A stretch of DNA of 32,000 bases from Vibrio vulnificus CMCP6 (GCF_000039765.1 NC_004459.3:840001-872000); one strand, 5' to 3'. Shown: positions 1 through 9,897, numbered from the stretch's first letter. Numbers and translations: made by a program. Notes: a model not told the origin generated them from the letters alone.

Positions 1-291
1 GCTACGTGCGATCAAACGTTGAATTTCCATGGTACGACCGCCTTGCTTGCCATTGGCCGCTTCACGACGAGTACGTGAATGAGTTGCGCGTGGCAGCATG
101 CCATATTCCGCCGTCACCCAGCCTTTACCTTGGCCTTTTAGCCAACGAGGCACCGATTCTTCCACGGTCGCATTACACAGCACCTTGGTATTACCAAACT
201 CAACCAGCACGGAACCTTCCGCATAAGCCGTGTAGTTACGAGTAATTTTAATTGGGCGCACTTGGTCTGCCGCGCGATCATTTGGACGCAT
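1..291 (-). CDS. rph: Ribonuclease PH, N-terminal part (gene runs off the left edge)
   Basis: Minus-strand frame from ATG at 291 translates [78 protein letters not shown]..., the typical RNase PH N-terminus. The listed ORFs here are off-frame. Confidence 0.93.
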   Translation of the reverse strand, partial: MRPNDRAADQVRPIKITRNYTAYAEGSVLVEFGNTKVLCNATVEESVPRWLKGQGKGWVTAEYGMLPRATHSRTRREAANGKQGGRTMEIQRLIARS

Positions 292-483
292 GGATGAATA
301 CCTTTTCTGGGGATCGATTTGATTGGGGGTGAAGTATAGCGGAAACCACCGCAAGGCACTAGGGAAAGGCTCACGGTTTTTAGCTCACAGTTTTAGCAAC
401 AATGCTTCACGCCTAGCCGCAACGCCATTCTGTGCTACTATTGCCAAGCGTTATTTTCAAAGATGATAAAACAGGAAAATTCG

Positions 484-1350
484 ATGATTTACAGCATGAC
501 CGCATACGCGCGCAAAGAGATCAAAGCCGATTGGGGCAGCGCGGTATGGGAAATCCGCAGTGTTAACCAACGCTACCTAGAAACTTACTTCCGTATGCCA
601 GAGCAGTTCCGTGGTCTAGAACCCGTGCTGCGTGAGCGTTTCCGCCAGCGCCTTGCTCGCGGCAAAGTCGAGTGCAGCCTAAGATTTGAAGCCAACCCAG
701 CGGCGCGCAGCGAACTGACGATCAATGAGACCTTAGCGAGCCAAGTAATTGGTGCCGCAAAGCAAATCATGCAGCTCACTGGTGAAGATAGCCGCATCAA
801 CCCATTCCAAGTGATGCAGTGGCCTGGTGTGATGGAAACGCCAGAGCAAGATATGGACGCCATTAATCAGCAATTGTTGGCCGCTTTTGACCAAGCACTT
901 AACGAGTTTATCGAAGCGCGCGGCCGTGAAGGCGACAACATGAAAGCCTTGATTGAGCAGCGCCTAACAGCCATCACCGCGGAAGTGGTGAAAGTACGCG
1001 CCCGCATGCCAGAAATCATTGAGTGGCAGCGTGAGCGTCTGTTCTCGAAATTCGAAGAAGCCAAGGTGGAACTGGATGCTTCTCGCGTAGAGCAAGAGCT
1101 GATCATTTTGGCGCAGAAATCGGATGTGGCAGAAGAGCTGGATCGCCTCGATTCTCACGTTAAAGAAACCACCAACATTTTGAAAAAAGGCGGCGCCGTT
1201 GGCCGTCGTTTGGATTTCATGATGCAAGAGTTCAACCGTGAATCCAACACACTCGCTTCAAAATCGATCGCCACTGACATCACCGCTTCAGGTGTTGAGC
1301 TTAAAGTGCTGATTGAACAAATGCGTGAGCAGATCCAAAATATCGAGTAA
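484..1350 (+). CDS. yicC: YicC family endoribonuclease/stress-induced protein
   Basis: ORF 463..1350; the likely start is the internal Met at 484 (MIYSMTAYARKE...). The C-terminus ...KVLIEQMREQIQNIE is characteristic of YicC. Confidence 0.93.
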   Translation: MIYSMTAYARKEIKADWGSAVWEIRSVNQRYLETYFRMPEQFRGLEPVLRERFRQRLARGKVECSLRFEANPAARSELTINETLASQVIGAAKQIMQLTGEDSRINPFQVMQWPGVMETPEQDMDAINQQLLAAFDQALNEFIEARGREGDNMKALIEQRLTAITAEVVKVRARMPEIIEWQRERLFSKFEEAKVELDASRVEQELIILAQKSDVAEELDRLDSHVKETTNILKKGGAVGRRLDFMMQEFNRESNTLASKSIATDITASGVELKVLIEQMREQIQNIE

Positions 1351-1374
1351 CTTCTGACTCAATAACGATTTGAT

Positions 1375-1400
1375 AAAGCCCCGAGATTCGGGGCTTTGTT
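1375..1400 (+). terminator. Rho-independent terminator after yicC
   Basis: AAAGCCCCGA-gat-TCGGGGCTTT, then gtttt; perfect 10 bp stem. Confidence 0.85.
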
Positions 1401-1417
1401 TTGGGTAACGTTCTCGT

Positions 1418-2389
1418 CTAAACGTTCAGCTCCTTCATACATCGCTCGCACAGCACTGGCTTTGACTTAATGCGCTTGCGGCCAAAACGAGCCCAAAACT
1501 GAGGTTCTGCTTTGGTCACAAAAATCCCACCGAGTAGTGGCAACAACAAAACCACCGAGGTCGAGGAAATACTGTTGCCTGACATCCAAGTAGAAAGACT
1601 CAGTGCGATCAACGGGAAAAACAAGAAACAAATCGAAGCGGTAAAGGGCGTTGAAACCTGGCCCAGTTTGAAATAGGCCACAATGCCACCCACGCTGGCA
1701 AAGACCCCCAAGTAAATGACAGATAACATCGACACTTGAGAGAAGACTGAAAACGCCGGCTTTTCAATTATCCAAGATGCCGTCAACAACAGCATGGATG
1801 CCATCAAACTCGGCAGCGCGTTGTACGTCAACACTGGAATGTCTTGGCAATACTTCTGCACGCACACATACATCACGGCATGAATGGCAACTGCGCCACC
1901 AAGCGCAAGAAAACCAAGTAGATAGTCGTCTCCGCCCAGACTCATCTCTTTCGCCAAAATCAGGACCAAACTGAGTACGGCGATCAACAGCCCAGCCGTT
2001 TGCAAACGACGCAACGTCAATCCGAGAAACCATCTCGACGTGATCATCACCGCGATAGGCATGGTGGCAAAAATAATCGAAGCCAAACCTGACGAAATAT
2101 ACTGTTCACCAAAAATCATCAAGGTAAACGGGATCGCAAAATAAAAAATCGCGACGATGAACATCCAATGCATTTTTCCTTTTGGAAAAAAGAGTGGCTG
2201 TCTAAGACGTTGCCCGAGTATGAGCAGCAGAGGGGCGGCAATCAAAAATCGTAGCCCAGTAGCGAAAATAGGCGGAATAGTTTGCACGGCAATCTCCATG
2301 GCAAACCATGTGGTTCCCCAAATTAAACATACCGAGAGAAACAACAACGCAGGTAGAGACTCAGCAAAAGTAAATCGATGAGTTTTCAT
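1418..2389 (-). CDS. EamA/DMT-family (RhaT-like) transporter
   Basis: ORF 1418..2467; the likely start is Met at 2389 (MKTHRFTFAESLPALLFLSVCLIWGTTWFAMEIAVQTIPPIFATGLRFLIAAPLLL...), a multi-TM protein with typical EamA motifs. Confidence 0.85.
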   Translation of the reverse strand: MKTHRFTFAESLPALLFLSVCLIWGTTWFAMEIAVQTIPPIFATGLRFLIAAPLLLILGQRLRQPLFFPKGKMHWMFIVAIFYFAIPFTLMIFGEQYISSGLASIIFATMPIAVMITSRWFLGLTLRRLQTAGLLIAVLSLVLILAKEMSLGGDDYLLGFLALGGAVAIHAVMYVCVQKYCQDIPVLTYNALPSLMASMLLLTASWIIEKPAFSVFSQVSMLSVIYLGVFASVGGIVAYFKLGQVSTPFTASICFLFFPLIALSLSTWMSGNSISSTSVVLLLPLLGGIFVTKAEPQFWARFGRKRIKSKPVLCERCMKELNV

Positions 2390-2503
2390 TTTTGAATTCC
2401 TATCACTAGGTGGTGCAAATAGTAATCTATTCACACGCATGACTAATTCACACGGCATAGCGTGCAATAAGGTTTTGGGCAGTAAACCACTGCGAGATAG
2501 GAA

Positions 2504-2887
2504 TTACGCTATTGGGGGACGATAGTGGGTACGCATCTCTGCGCTGGTGTAAATGACAATCGGGCTTGCAATCCATTCATTACGATATGGCGCTTCGTCA
2601 GTATATTGCTGGCTTTCAATCACCGCAGCCCCCATCGAATGTCCATAATGGGTACAACATTGGTTTTGATAGCAGCGACCACCGGGCTCACAACAGCCTG
2701 GCTCGTCCTTTTCTACCGCTTCCAACGACCAATCACAGTAGCTCACATTCGTGATGTCGTTGCTCATCTTATGATGAAGGTTTGATGGTGGCTCCGTCTG
2801 CGCACGTGCAAACCCGCTTGATAGCAACAATGCCATCAAGAGACTCAACAGAAGCAACAGGTTCGCGGTGCCTTTACGCAGCATCAC
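2504..2887 (-). CDS. Small uncharacterised protein with signal peptide and a Cys-rich segment
   Basis: 127 aa ORF; hydrophobic N-terminal leader ending ...SSGFARAQ, then six Cys (SYC...GCC...RCYQNQCC). Confidence 0.6.
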   Translation of the reverse strand: MMLRKGTANLLLLLSLLMALLLSSGFARAQTEPPSNLHHKMSNDITNVSYCDWSLEAVEKDEPGCCEPGGRCYQNQCCTHYGHSMGAAVIESQQYTDEAPYRNEWIASPIVIYTSAEMRTHYRPPIA

Positions 2888-3041
2888 ACTCTCTCATTCA
2901 GCGGTGAAACGGGTCACTGTGACGATACTCATCCAAGGAGTAAGAGACAAGCGGCCTTGAGATGACTTTACACTTTTTTAACCTAGTCACTCCCACCATC
3001 CATTCGGAGTGAAATAAACCCGCACGATGGCGGGGCAATAA

Positions 3042-3485
3042 TCATTCGTCTTTTTCTGCTGTGTGATTATCCACATACGGCCAGTAGTGGTGACCCACAC
3101 GTATCAGCAACGTGGCAGCCGCCAAAACAAACGCAGCAACAGAGAGCCAAACCACAAGGGTCGCATCGAGTTCTTTCATCCCTAACGTGATGTAACGTGC
3201 AATCGCCATCATCGCTATATAAATCGGATAGCGGACTGGAATCTTACCGTTCATCACAAACTGCTGCACCATCGCCAGCACTTCGAGATAAATAAACATC
3301 AAAAGGATGTCGGTGAGTAGCACCCGTTTTTCCACAAACACATGAATGAATTCTTGCACCATGGCATAAAGCGTGGCCAGCGTAATGGCAACCAGCAAGA
3401 CCGCTTCCAAGATATGAAAGATTTTTAAGAATGGGCGACTGAATGATTTAGGTAGATGTGACGGCACTTGTAACATTCCAAGCAA
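3042..3485 (-). CDS. psiE: PsiE family phosphate-starvation-inducible membrane protein
   Basis: 147 aa multi-TM ORF; FHILEAVLLVAITLATLYAMVQE...FIYLEVLAMVQQFVMNGKIPVRYPIYIAMMAIARYITLGMKE matches the PsiE family. Confidence 0.85.
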   Translation of the reverse strand: MLGMLQVPSHLPKSFSRPFLKIFHILEAVLLVAITLATLYAMVQEFIHVFVEKRVLLTDILLMFIYLEVLAMVQQFVMNGKIPVRYPIYIAMMAIARYITLGMKELDATLVVWLSVAAFVLAAATLLIRVGHHYWPYVDNHTAEKDE

Positions 3486-3552
3486 AACAATGAATTAAGC
3501 TGGCAGTGTAACATGCGGTATTGGCTAAGCAGAAGAGAGCGTCTCTTTCGGC

Positions 3553-3590
3553 TCAGCCAAACACGACAAAAGCCGTGGGTTTGGCTGAGT
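3553..3590 (-). terminator. Strong hairpin between the ABC transporter operon and psiE; possible terminator or processing site
   Basis: CTCAGCCAAA-CACG-acaaaagc-CGTG-gg-TTTGGCTGAG: 10 bp + 4 bp stem with a 2 nt bulge. No clear U-tract. Confidence 0.45.
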
Positions 3591-3610
3591 TGGATCGGAT
3601 GTAAGCGTCG

Positions 3611-4450
3611 TTACGCCACATCTTGTTGCTGCTCGGCTTTGCGTTTGTGTTTGCGATATTTGGGATGGGTAATTGGAATCGCAGACAAGAGTTTTTTGGT
3701 GTAATCGTTTTGTGGATTGGCGTACACCTCTTTGGCGCTGCCCTCTTCCACCACTTTACCAAAGTACATCACTGCCACTTTGTCGGAGACGTGTTTCACC
3801 ACCGACAGATCGTGCGAAATAAAAATGATCGCCAAATTCATCTCTTGCTGAAGCTGCAGCAATAAATTGAGGATCTGTGCTTGCACGGACACATCCAACG
3901 CAGAGACCGACTCATCACAAATGAGCAATTTAGGCTTTAACGCAATCGCGCGTGCAATACCAATACGCTGACGTTGACCACCAGAAAATTCGTGTGGATA
4001 GCGATTGACAGCCTCAACAGGCAAGCCCACTTTCACCAATAACTCTTTCACCCACGTTTTACGCTCCTCCGGAGTGCCTATTTTGTGGATGATGTAAGGT
4101 TCTTCCAAAATCATGCCAATGGTGTGACGCTGATTGAGTGATTCCATTGGGTCTTGAAAAACAATTTGCATCTCTTTGCGCAGTGGGCGCATCTCTTTGG
4201 GAGAAAGCTTGGTGATATCGCGCCCTTCAAAGAAAATTCGCCCTTCCGTTGGTTCATACAGTTTAAGCAGCGTGCGCCCTAAGGTGCTTTTGCCACAACC
4301 CGACTCGCCAACCAAACCTAAGGTTTCCCCTTGGTTGACCGATAAACTGACGCCATCCACCGCTTTGACAGTATAGCCTTTACGAAACAAGCCTTTGCCA
4401 GAGACAAAATGTTGCTTGAGATTTTCAATCCTTAATACTTCTTTACTCAT
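3611..4450 (-). CDS. Peptide ABC transporter ATP-binding protein (OppF/DppF-like)
   Basis: Walker A GESGCGKST, signature FSGGQRQRIGIARA, Walker B LLICDES and the Opp/Dpp-type C-terminal region (AIPITHPKYR). Start Met at 4450 (MSKEVLRIENLKQHF). Confidence 0.92.
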   Translation of the reverse strand: MSKEVLRIENLKQHFVSGKGLFRKGYTVKAVDGVSLSVNQGETLGLVGESGCGKSTLGRTLLKLYEPTEGRIFFEGRDITKLSPKEMRPLRKEMQIVFQDPMESLNQRHTIGMILEEPYIIHKIGTPEERKTWVKELLVKVGLPVEAVNRYPHEFSGGQRQRIGIARAIALKPKLLICDESVSALDVSVQAQILNLLLQLQQEMNLAIIFISHDLSVVKHVSDKVAVMYFGKVVEEGSAKEVYANPQNDYTKKLLSAIPITHPKYRKHKRKAEQQQDVA

Positions 4451-4460
4451 CCTGAATTCC

Positions 4461-5330
4461 TTAGCTCCTCTGACTGACTTCAAACATGCTGCTATCCATC
4501 GGCTTAATGTCGATGAGCTGCTTAGGCTCACTGTCCAAGCTTGGCATTAAGCCCATCAACCGCTCAGTGTAAGGGTGCTTAGGATGATCAAACAGTTCAA
4601 AAATCTCTGCGTACTCAACAATCCGACCACCGTACATGACCGCGACGTCATCGCACACTTCCGCCACCACACCCAGATCGTGCGTAATGAAAATCATCGC
4701 CATACCCGTTTCTTGTTGTAACTCGTTCATCAGTTCCAAAATGGATGCCTGAACGGTCACGTCCAACGCGGTGGTTGGCTCGTCACAGATCAAGATATCC
4801 GGCTTGCACGCCAGTGCCATCGCAATCATCACTCGCTGACGCATCCCACCAGATAGGTTGTGCGGGTACTCATTGAGGCGCTTCTCTGGCAGTGGAATTT
4901 TCACTTTTTTCAGCATCTCAAGCGCGTACTCGTTGCGAGCGCGTTTATCCAAATCCGGGCGGTGCAACTCTAAGACTTCGTTAATCTGGCGACCAACGGT
5001 GTGAACTGGATTAAGCGCCGTCATTGGATCTTGAAAAATGATGGAGATTCGATCACCACGCATCGCGTACATCTGCTCAGCAGGCAGCGTCACCAAATCG
5101 GTGCCGCGATAGAGAATTTGTCCATTCACAATCTGACCATAAGGCTTGGGCAACAACCCCATGATCGACATGGAAGTGACACTTTTGCCACTGCCAGACT
5201 CACCAACCAGTCCCAAAGTGCGTCCTGCGCGAACGTCAAAGTTGACGCCGTGCAATACCTTGACTGGGCCATCATCGGTGGTGAAAGAGACCTCAAGATC
5301 TCTGACACTCAGAATCACATCATCCTGCAT
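4461..5330 (-). CDS. Peptide ABC transporter ATP-binding protein (OppD/DppD-like)
   Basis: Walker A GESGSGKS, signature LSGGMRQRVMIAMAL, Walker B ILICDEPTTALD. Start at 5330 (MQDDVILSVRDLEVSF) preceded by GAGGGAAG; the ORF track begins upstream at 5360. Confidence 0.92.
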   Translation of the reverse strand: MQDDVILSVRDLEVSFTTDDGPVKVLHGVNFDVRAGRTLGLVGESGSGKSVTSMSIMGLLPKPYGQIVNGQILYRGTDLVTLPAEQMYAMRGDRISIIFQDPMTALNPVHTVGRQINEVLELHRPDLDKRARNEYALEMLKKVKIPLPEKRLNEYPHNLSGGMRQRVMIAMALACKPDILICDEPTTALDVTVQASILELMNELQQETGMAMIFITHDLGVVAEVCDDVAVMYGGRIVEYAEIFELFDHPKHPYTERLMGLMPSLDSEPKQLIDIKPMDSSMFEVSQRS

Positions 5331-5356
5331 CGTGCTTCCCTCTTTTGGCCAACTTA

Positions 5357-7186
5357 TCATTTATAGGTGTCATCAATGACCGTCACAGGAGCAAACGCCT
5401 TCCCTGCTTTAATGGCTTTTTCAGTTTCTTTCTTCGCGTCTTTATCGATCCAGAATGTCCCTAAACCAATCGCACCACCACTGGTAAATAAGACTTCCGA
5501 TTTTTTGGTCATCGCCTTTTGTGGGTACTTCAACCAGCGCCAGTAACCCACACGGGTATACGGTACCATGTAGCCTGGAACAATCAGGTTCGCATCGCTA
5601 ATAATTTGCTGAATTTGATGGGAATAGCTGTACTTCTTCTCCAAATCAAATTCGTTTTTGTACGCCATGATTAACTTGTCCAGTTCAGGCGTGCTGAAAT
5701 TGGTGTGGTTATTGGTTTGTGGGCGATTCGCATTGGCCGAATGGAAGTACTCCCAATAAGCTGGCACATCGGAAGTACCCATATCTAAGAACGCCAGTTC
5801 ATGCTTTTTCTCGAGGATGAATTTAAACGCAGAGGAACCATCCACCAGTTTTAGTTCAAACTCCAATCCTGCTTTCTTCGCTTGCTCTTTCAAATACGCG
5901 ATACGTGGCGTGTGGTGAGCATAACCATAGGTGATGGCGAAACTGAGACGCTGCCCTTTATCGTTGACCCGCACCCCATCGGCACCAATTTGGTTAAAGC
6001 CCGCCGCTTCAAAGTAACGAATGGCTAATTCCGGATCAAACTTAGGCGGCACTGGGTTAGGCAAGTCGTATTTACCATGGCCAGAACCGAGCGCGTGAGG
6101 CTTACGTGAGTAGTCACCACGGGTGATCTTATCGATCATGCCATCGTAATCTGTAGCATGCATGATCCCTTTACGCACATTGAGATCATCCAGCAGAGGC
6201 GTGGCAACGTTCATCCACAGTCCACCCGCGCCTTGCGGGGTTTGGTTGTAACCCCAGAACTTCTCGATGTAGCCTTTTTGGTACGGTTCTGTGTTGGATT
6301 TGTCGTGCCACAAATCGGGTAGGATTAGGCCAAAAGTATCCAAATCGCCTTTTTCGAAATGCTTCATCGCGATGTCGTTATCGCGGATCACCGTGATACG
6401 GATTTTCTCCACATTGTAACGGTGTTGATAATACTTGTTGCTATACCCCCACCAATCTTGACCAACGTGTTTGAAGGTGACGCTTTTGCCCTTCTTAATG
6501 TCATCAAGGTAATAAGCGTTGGTGGTTGGCTCAGCTTTGAAGTTGTATTTGCGCACGAAGTTATCGTCGATGCCGTCGCCATTTTCATCTTTCGCTGGCT
6601 TGGCATAAAAGTGCGCAGGTCGCGGACGAAGCGCGCCTAAGGTATAGAGAAGATCTTCTTGGTTTTTCTCAACTTTGCTCACCGCCGCGAAGGTGTGCTG
6701 ATCAATTTTCTGCACATCGTCAATCACATTGGTGTAGTACTCGTTATACCAAGGTGCTACCAAATCTTTTGAGCGGTAAAACTTGAGCATAAAAACGAAG
6801 TCATCGGCAGTCACGGGTTTGCCGTCCGACCATTTGGCATTGGGGTTTAATTTGAAATAAACCGTGCGGTTATCCCTAGCGAAGGCCCATTCATTGGCTA
6901 AGGCCGGGATCCACTCCAACGTGTCTGGATGTTGGTCTACCAGCGCAGGTGTCTCATCGAGGAAAAACGAACGCAACCCTGAGTTAGAATCAGGCCCAAC
7001 ACTGCGTAAAGTTTGTGGAAAGCTTTGAATGAAAGTACGGAATGTCCCGCCAAATTTGGCATCTGAAGAAGCAAACAACGGCTCATCCCAGTTGGTCTGC
7101 CAGTTCACATCCGCAGGTAAAGTGGTGGCGTAAACACCAGCACTCATCAGCGATAACGCTGTGGTTAGTAACGTTTTTTTCATCAT
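5357..7186 (-). CDS. Peptide ABC transporter periplasmic binding protein (SBP family 5, YejA-like)
   Basis: 609 aa; signal peptide MMKKTLLTTALSLMSAGVYA; TNWDEPLFASSDAKFGGTFR... and NPNAKWSDGKPVTADDFVFMLKF are typical of extracellular solute-binding family 5. Confidence 0.9.
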   Translation of the reverse strand: MMKKTLLTTALSLMSAGVYATTLPADVNWQTNWDEPLFASSDAKFGGTFRTFIQSFPQTLRSVGPDSNSGLRSFFLDETPALVDQHPDTLEWIPALANEWAFARDNRTVYFKLNPNAKWSDGKPVTADDFVFMLKFYRSKDLVAPWYNEYYTNVIDDVQKIDQHTFAAVSKVEKNQEDLLYTLGALRPRPAHFYAKPAKDENGDGIDDNFVRKYNFKAEPTTNAYYLDDIKKGKSVTFKHVGQDWWGYSNKYYQHRYNVEKIRITVIRDNDIAMKHFEKGDLDTFGLILPDLWHDKSNTEPYQKGYIEKFWGYNQTPQGAGGLWMNVATPLLDDLNVRKGIMHATDYDGMIDKITRGDYSRKPHALGSGHGKYDLPNPVPPKFDPELAIRYFEAAGFNQIGADGVRVNDKGQRLSFAITYGYAHHTPRIAYLKEQAKKAGLEFELKLVDGSSAFKFILEKKHELAFLDMGTSDVPAYWEYFHSANANRPQTNNHTNFSTPELDKLIMAYKNEFDLEKKYSYSHQIQQIISDANLIVPGYMVPYTRVGYWRWLKYPQKAMTKKSEVLFTSGGAIGLGTFWIDKDAKKETEKAIKAGKAFAPVTVIDDTYK

Positions 7187-7224
7187 TATGTCCCTATATT
7201 ATCCGTTCCAACAGTATTGACCAT

Positions 7225-8280
7225 CTAAACGTAACGGGTGAATTTTTTCGGATCAAAGGCTGCACGAATGGCTTCACCAATAAAGGTCACCATCACCAAC
7301 ACAGCAACGATAGAGCTCACCACTGAGGCCACAATCCAAGGCGAATCCAAGTTTGATTTCCCTTGCTGTAGCAGTTCACCCCAACTTGGCGTTGGCGGCA
7401 TCAATCCTAGTCCTAAGTAATCCAACGCCGTTAATGCCGTAATATTGCCAGCGATGGTAAACGGCGCTAGCGTCACGATCATCACCATGGTATTTGGCAA
7501 GATATGCTGGAAGAGAATCCGCGAAGTTGAAGCACCAAGCGCTTTGGCCGCCAGTACATATTCGCGCGCTGACTCTTTATAGGTCATGGTACGCATGTAC
7601 CACGTCATGCCCATCCAACCAAATAGAACGTTGATGCCAACAAAGAGCGCGAAAGTCGGTTGCACAATCGAGACCAAAATCATGATGACGTACAAAAACG
7701 GCACCATCGACCAGATCTCAATCAGTCGCTGGACAAACAGGTCAAATTTGCCGCCCCAATAGCCCATCGCACAGCCCACCGCAGTACCAATTGTATAAGA
7801 GATGGCCATCGTCAGCAGTGCGAACCCCATCGCGGTCCGAAAACCGTACACCAGTCGCGCGAGAATATCGCGACCAATCACATCGGTACCGAGATAGTGT
7901 TTTGATTCTGCACTGGGCGCTGTCGGCGGAAAATCGCCCGAAAAGTCCTGTTCGTAGGGGTTCCATGGCACAATCGGCATGATCACGAAGTTGCCGGACT
8001 CTTCCGCTGCAAACTGTTTTTGCAACTGGCGATAGTTGGCTTCACCCGCAGACTCTTGCCCAAACTCACTGCCACTTCTCACATCACTGATGACGGGAAA
8101 GTAATAGTGGCCATCGTATTTCACCATCAAGGCTTTGCTGTTGATCAGCAATTCAGCGAACAGCGATAACACCAACATTGCAGAAAGAAGAATGAAAGAC
8201 CAATAGCCACGCTTGATCGCCTTGAAGCTTCTTATTTTCTTTTGAGTTAACGGACTCACTTTGATCATATTAAGCTCCAA
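7225..8280 (-). CDS. Peptide ABC transporter permease (YejE/OppC-like)
   Basis: 351 aa multi-TM; HYLGTDVIGRDILARLVYGFR...EYVLAAKALGASTSRILFQHILPNTM is the OppC-type EAA loop. Confidence 0.92.
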   Translation of the reverse strand: MELNMIKVSPLTQKKIRSFKAIKRGYWSFILLSAMLVLSLFAELLINSKALMVKYDGHYYFPVISDVRSGSEFGQESAGEANYRQLQKQFAAEESGNFVIMPIVPWNPYEQDFSGDFPPTAPSAESKHYLGTDVIGRDILARLVYGFRTAMGFALLTMAISYTIGTAVGCAMGYWGGKFDLFVQRLIEIWSMVPFLYVIMILVSIVQPTFALFVGINVLFGWMGMTWYMRTMTYKESAREYVLAAKALGASTSRILFQHILPNTMVMIVTLAPFTIAGNITALTALDYLGLGLMPPTPSWGELLQQGKSNLDSPWIVASVVSSIVAVLVMVTFIGEAIRAAFDPKKFTRYV

Positions 8281-9301
8281 ACTTCACACGAGGATCGACC
8301 AGCGCAACACAAACATCGGAAATGATATTTCCTAGCAGGAGAAGCACCGCATTAATTGCCACAATACCCATTACAACAGGATAATCACGCTCAATGATCG
8401 ACTCATAGCCTAATAAGCCTATGCCATCGATATTGAAAATAACCTCAATTAAGAACGCACCAGTCATAAAGAAGAGTAAGGAATTACCAAAATGGCTCGC
8501 GATAGGAATTAAACTATTTCGTAAAGCGTGTTTGCGTACTGCCGTTTTAAACGGCAAGCCTTTGGCGATTGCGGTACGAATATAATCCGATGACAAGTTC
8601 TCCATCAGGTTATTTTTCATCGTCAATGTCAACGTGGCAAAGTCACCAATCAAATAACAGATAAGTGGCAATACCGCGTGCCACATGACGTCTTTCGCAC
8701 GCTCAAAAAACGTCTCCAAATCATCAAAATCATCGCCGACAAAGCCCCCCATCGGGAACCATTCCAAATGGTAGGAAAAGAGTGTGATCAGCAGAACACC
8801 CACCACATAACCGGGCAGCGCATAGCCAACAAAAATTAGAATCGACGAGGCGGAATCAAAAACCGAACCATGCCGAAGCGCTTTGTAATAGCCCAGTGGA
8901 ATAGAAATGAAGTAACTGATAAAAAAGGTCATTCCACCGTAGAAGAGGGAAACCGGAAGACGCTCTGCGATCATGTCTCCCACCGGTTCGTAATAGCGAG
9001 TGGACTCGCCGAAATCTAACCTAACCAGCTTGCTTAGCCAATCCAAATACGCCTGTGCAACAGGTTTATCCAAACCATAAAAGGCATTGAGTTCCGCCAT
9101 TTGCTCTTCAGACAGTGCCGAGTTGCCCCCGGCAGTGGTCATGGCCGCAGCACCGTCGCCTTGTGCCTGCATTTTAGACAGCATGCGTTCCACTGGACCA
9201 CCAGGAACAAAACGGGTAATAGCAAAGATAAGAATAGTAATTCCTAGGAAAGTAGGAATGACCAGCGCCAGTCGGCGCAGAAAATATGACAGCATATACA
9301 A
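8270..9301 (-). CDS. Peptide ABC transporter permease (YejB/OppB-like)
   Basis: 343 aa multi-TM; LRRLALVIPTFLGITILIFAITRFVPGGPVER...YIRTAIAKGLPFKTAVRKHALRNSLIP. Overlaps the next permease gene by 11 nt. Confidence 0.92.
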   Translation of the reverse strand: MYMLSYFLRRLALVIPTFLGITILIFAITRFVPGGPVERMLSKMQAQGDGAAAMTTAGGNSALSEEQMAELNAFYGLDKPVAQAYLDWLSKLVRLDFGESTRYYEPVGDMIAERLPVSLFYGGMTFFISYFISIPLGYYKALRHGSVFDSASSILIFVGYALPGYVVGVLLITLFSYHLEWFPMGGFVGDDFDDLETFFERAKDVMWHAVLPLICYLIGDFATLTLTMKNNLMENLSSDYIRTAIAKGLPFKTAVRKHALRNSLIPIASHFGNSLLFFMTGAFLIEVIFNIDGIGLLGYESIIERDYPVVMGIVAINAVLLLLGNIISDVCVALVDPRVKFGA

Positions 9302-9706
9302 CTACTCCATGTCGACTGCCTATAAATTAGAGTTTGTTAAATTAATAAATAATCAAATTCTAACTTATCTAGAGAATTAGGAACTTAATTGAAATAAGTC
9401 GGTCGAAATGTTCATCCTGAACAGCTTCAATCTCTGGAATTCAAGTTCAACGCCAGATATTAAGCGCCATATGTATCTTGAAATAACCAAAGCTTCAAGT
9501 ATTTGTGATGAAAGCATGACAAATTACCAACCACATCTAAATTCTATAAATAAATTTGTAAAAAAATATAAAAGACTGCTCATTTTCCAATCACAGAATA
9601 TCAAACTGTAATGAATGGGGCTTTTGCACTACATAAAAATGCAATATTGCACAATAAACAGTCAGCCATTCTAACAGTTAAAAAACGCAAAAACCATGAT
9701 GAGCCC

Positions 9707-9738
9707 TTATGATACAAGGGGTATCATAATTTGATACC
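9707..9738. promoter_or_regulatory. Two overlapping palindromes, candidate operator
   Basis: TTATGATAC-aaggg-GTATCATAA (9707-9729, perfect 9 bp arms) overlaps GGTATCA-taatt-TGATACC (9720-9738, perfect 7 bp arms). Confidence 0.5.
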
Positions 9739-9897
9739 ACCAGACTCATCTTACCAGTTTGCACAAAAATGAAGCATAAAACATCATTCAGTTTAAAGCT
9801 TCAGCCAAATGAGATTAATCAACACATTTCACTACAATAGATCCACCCTCCAACACATACCATTAGATAATGCGCACAACACAAAATACGGTGTTTT

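Noticed and set aside
138-374. 78 aa minus-strand ORF at the left edge
   Set aside because: It overlaps the genuine rph reading frame (start at 291) in another frame and shows no family features.
9408-9611. 67 aa plus-strand ORF in the divergent intergenic region
   Set aside because: AT-rich, no recognisable domain and no convincing ribosome binding site; more likely chance.
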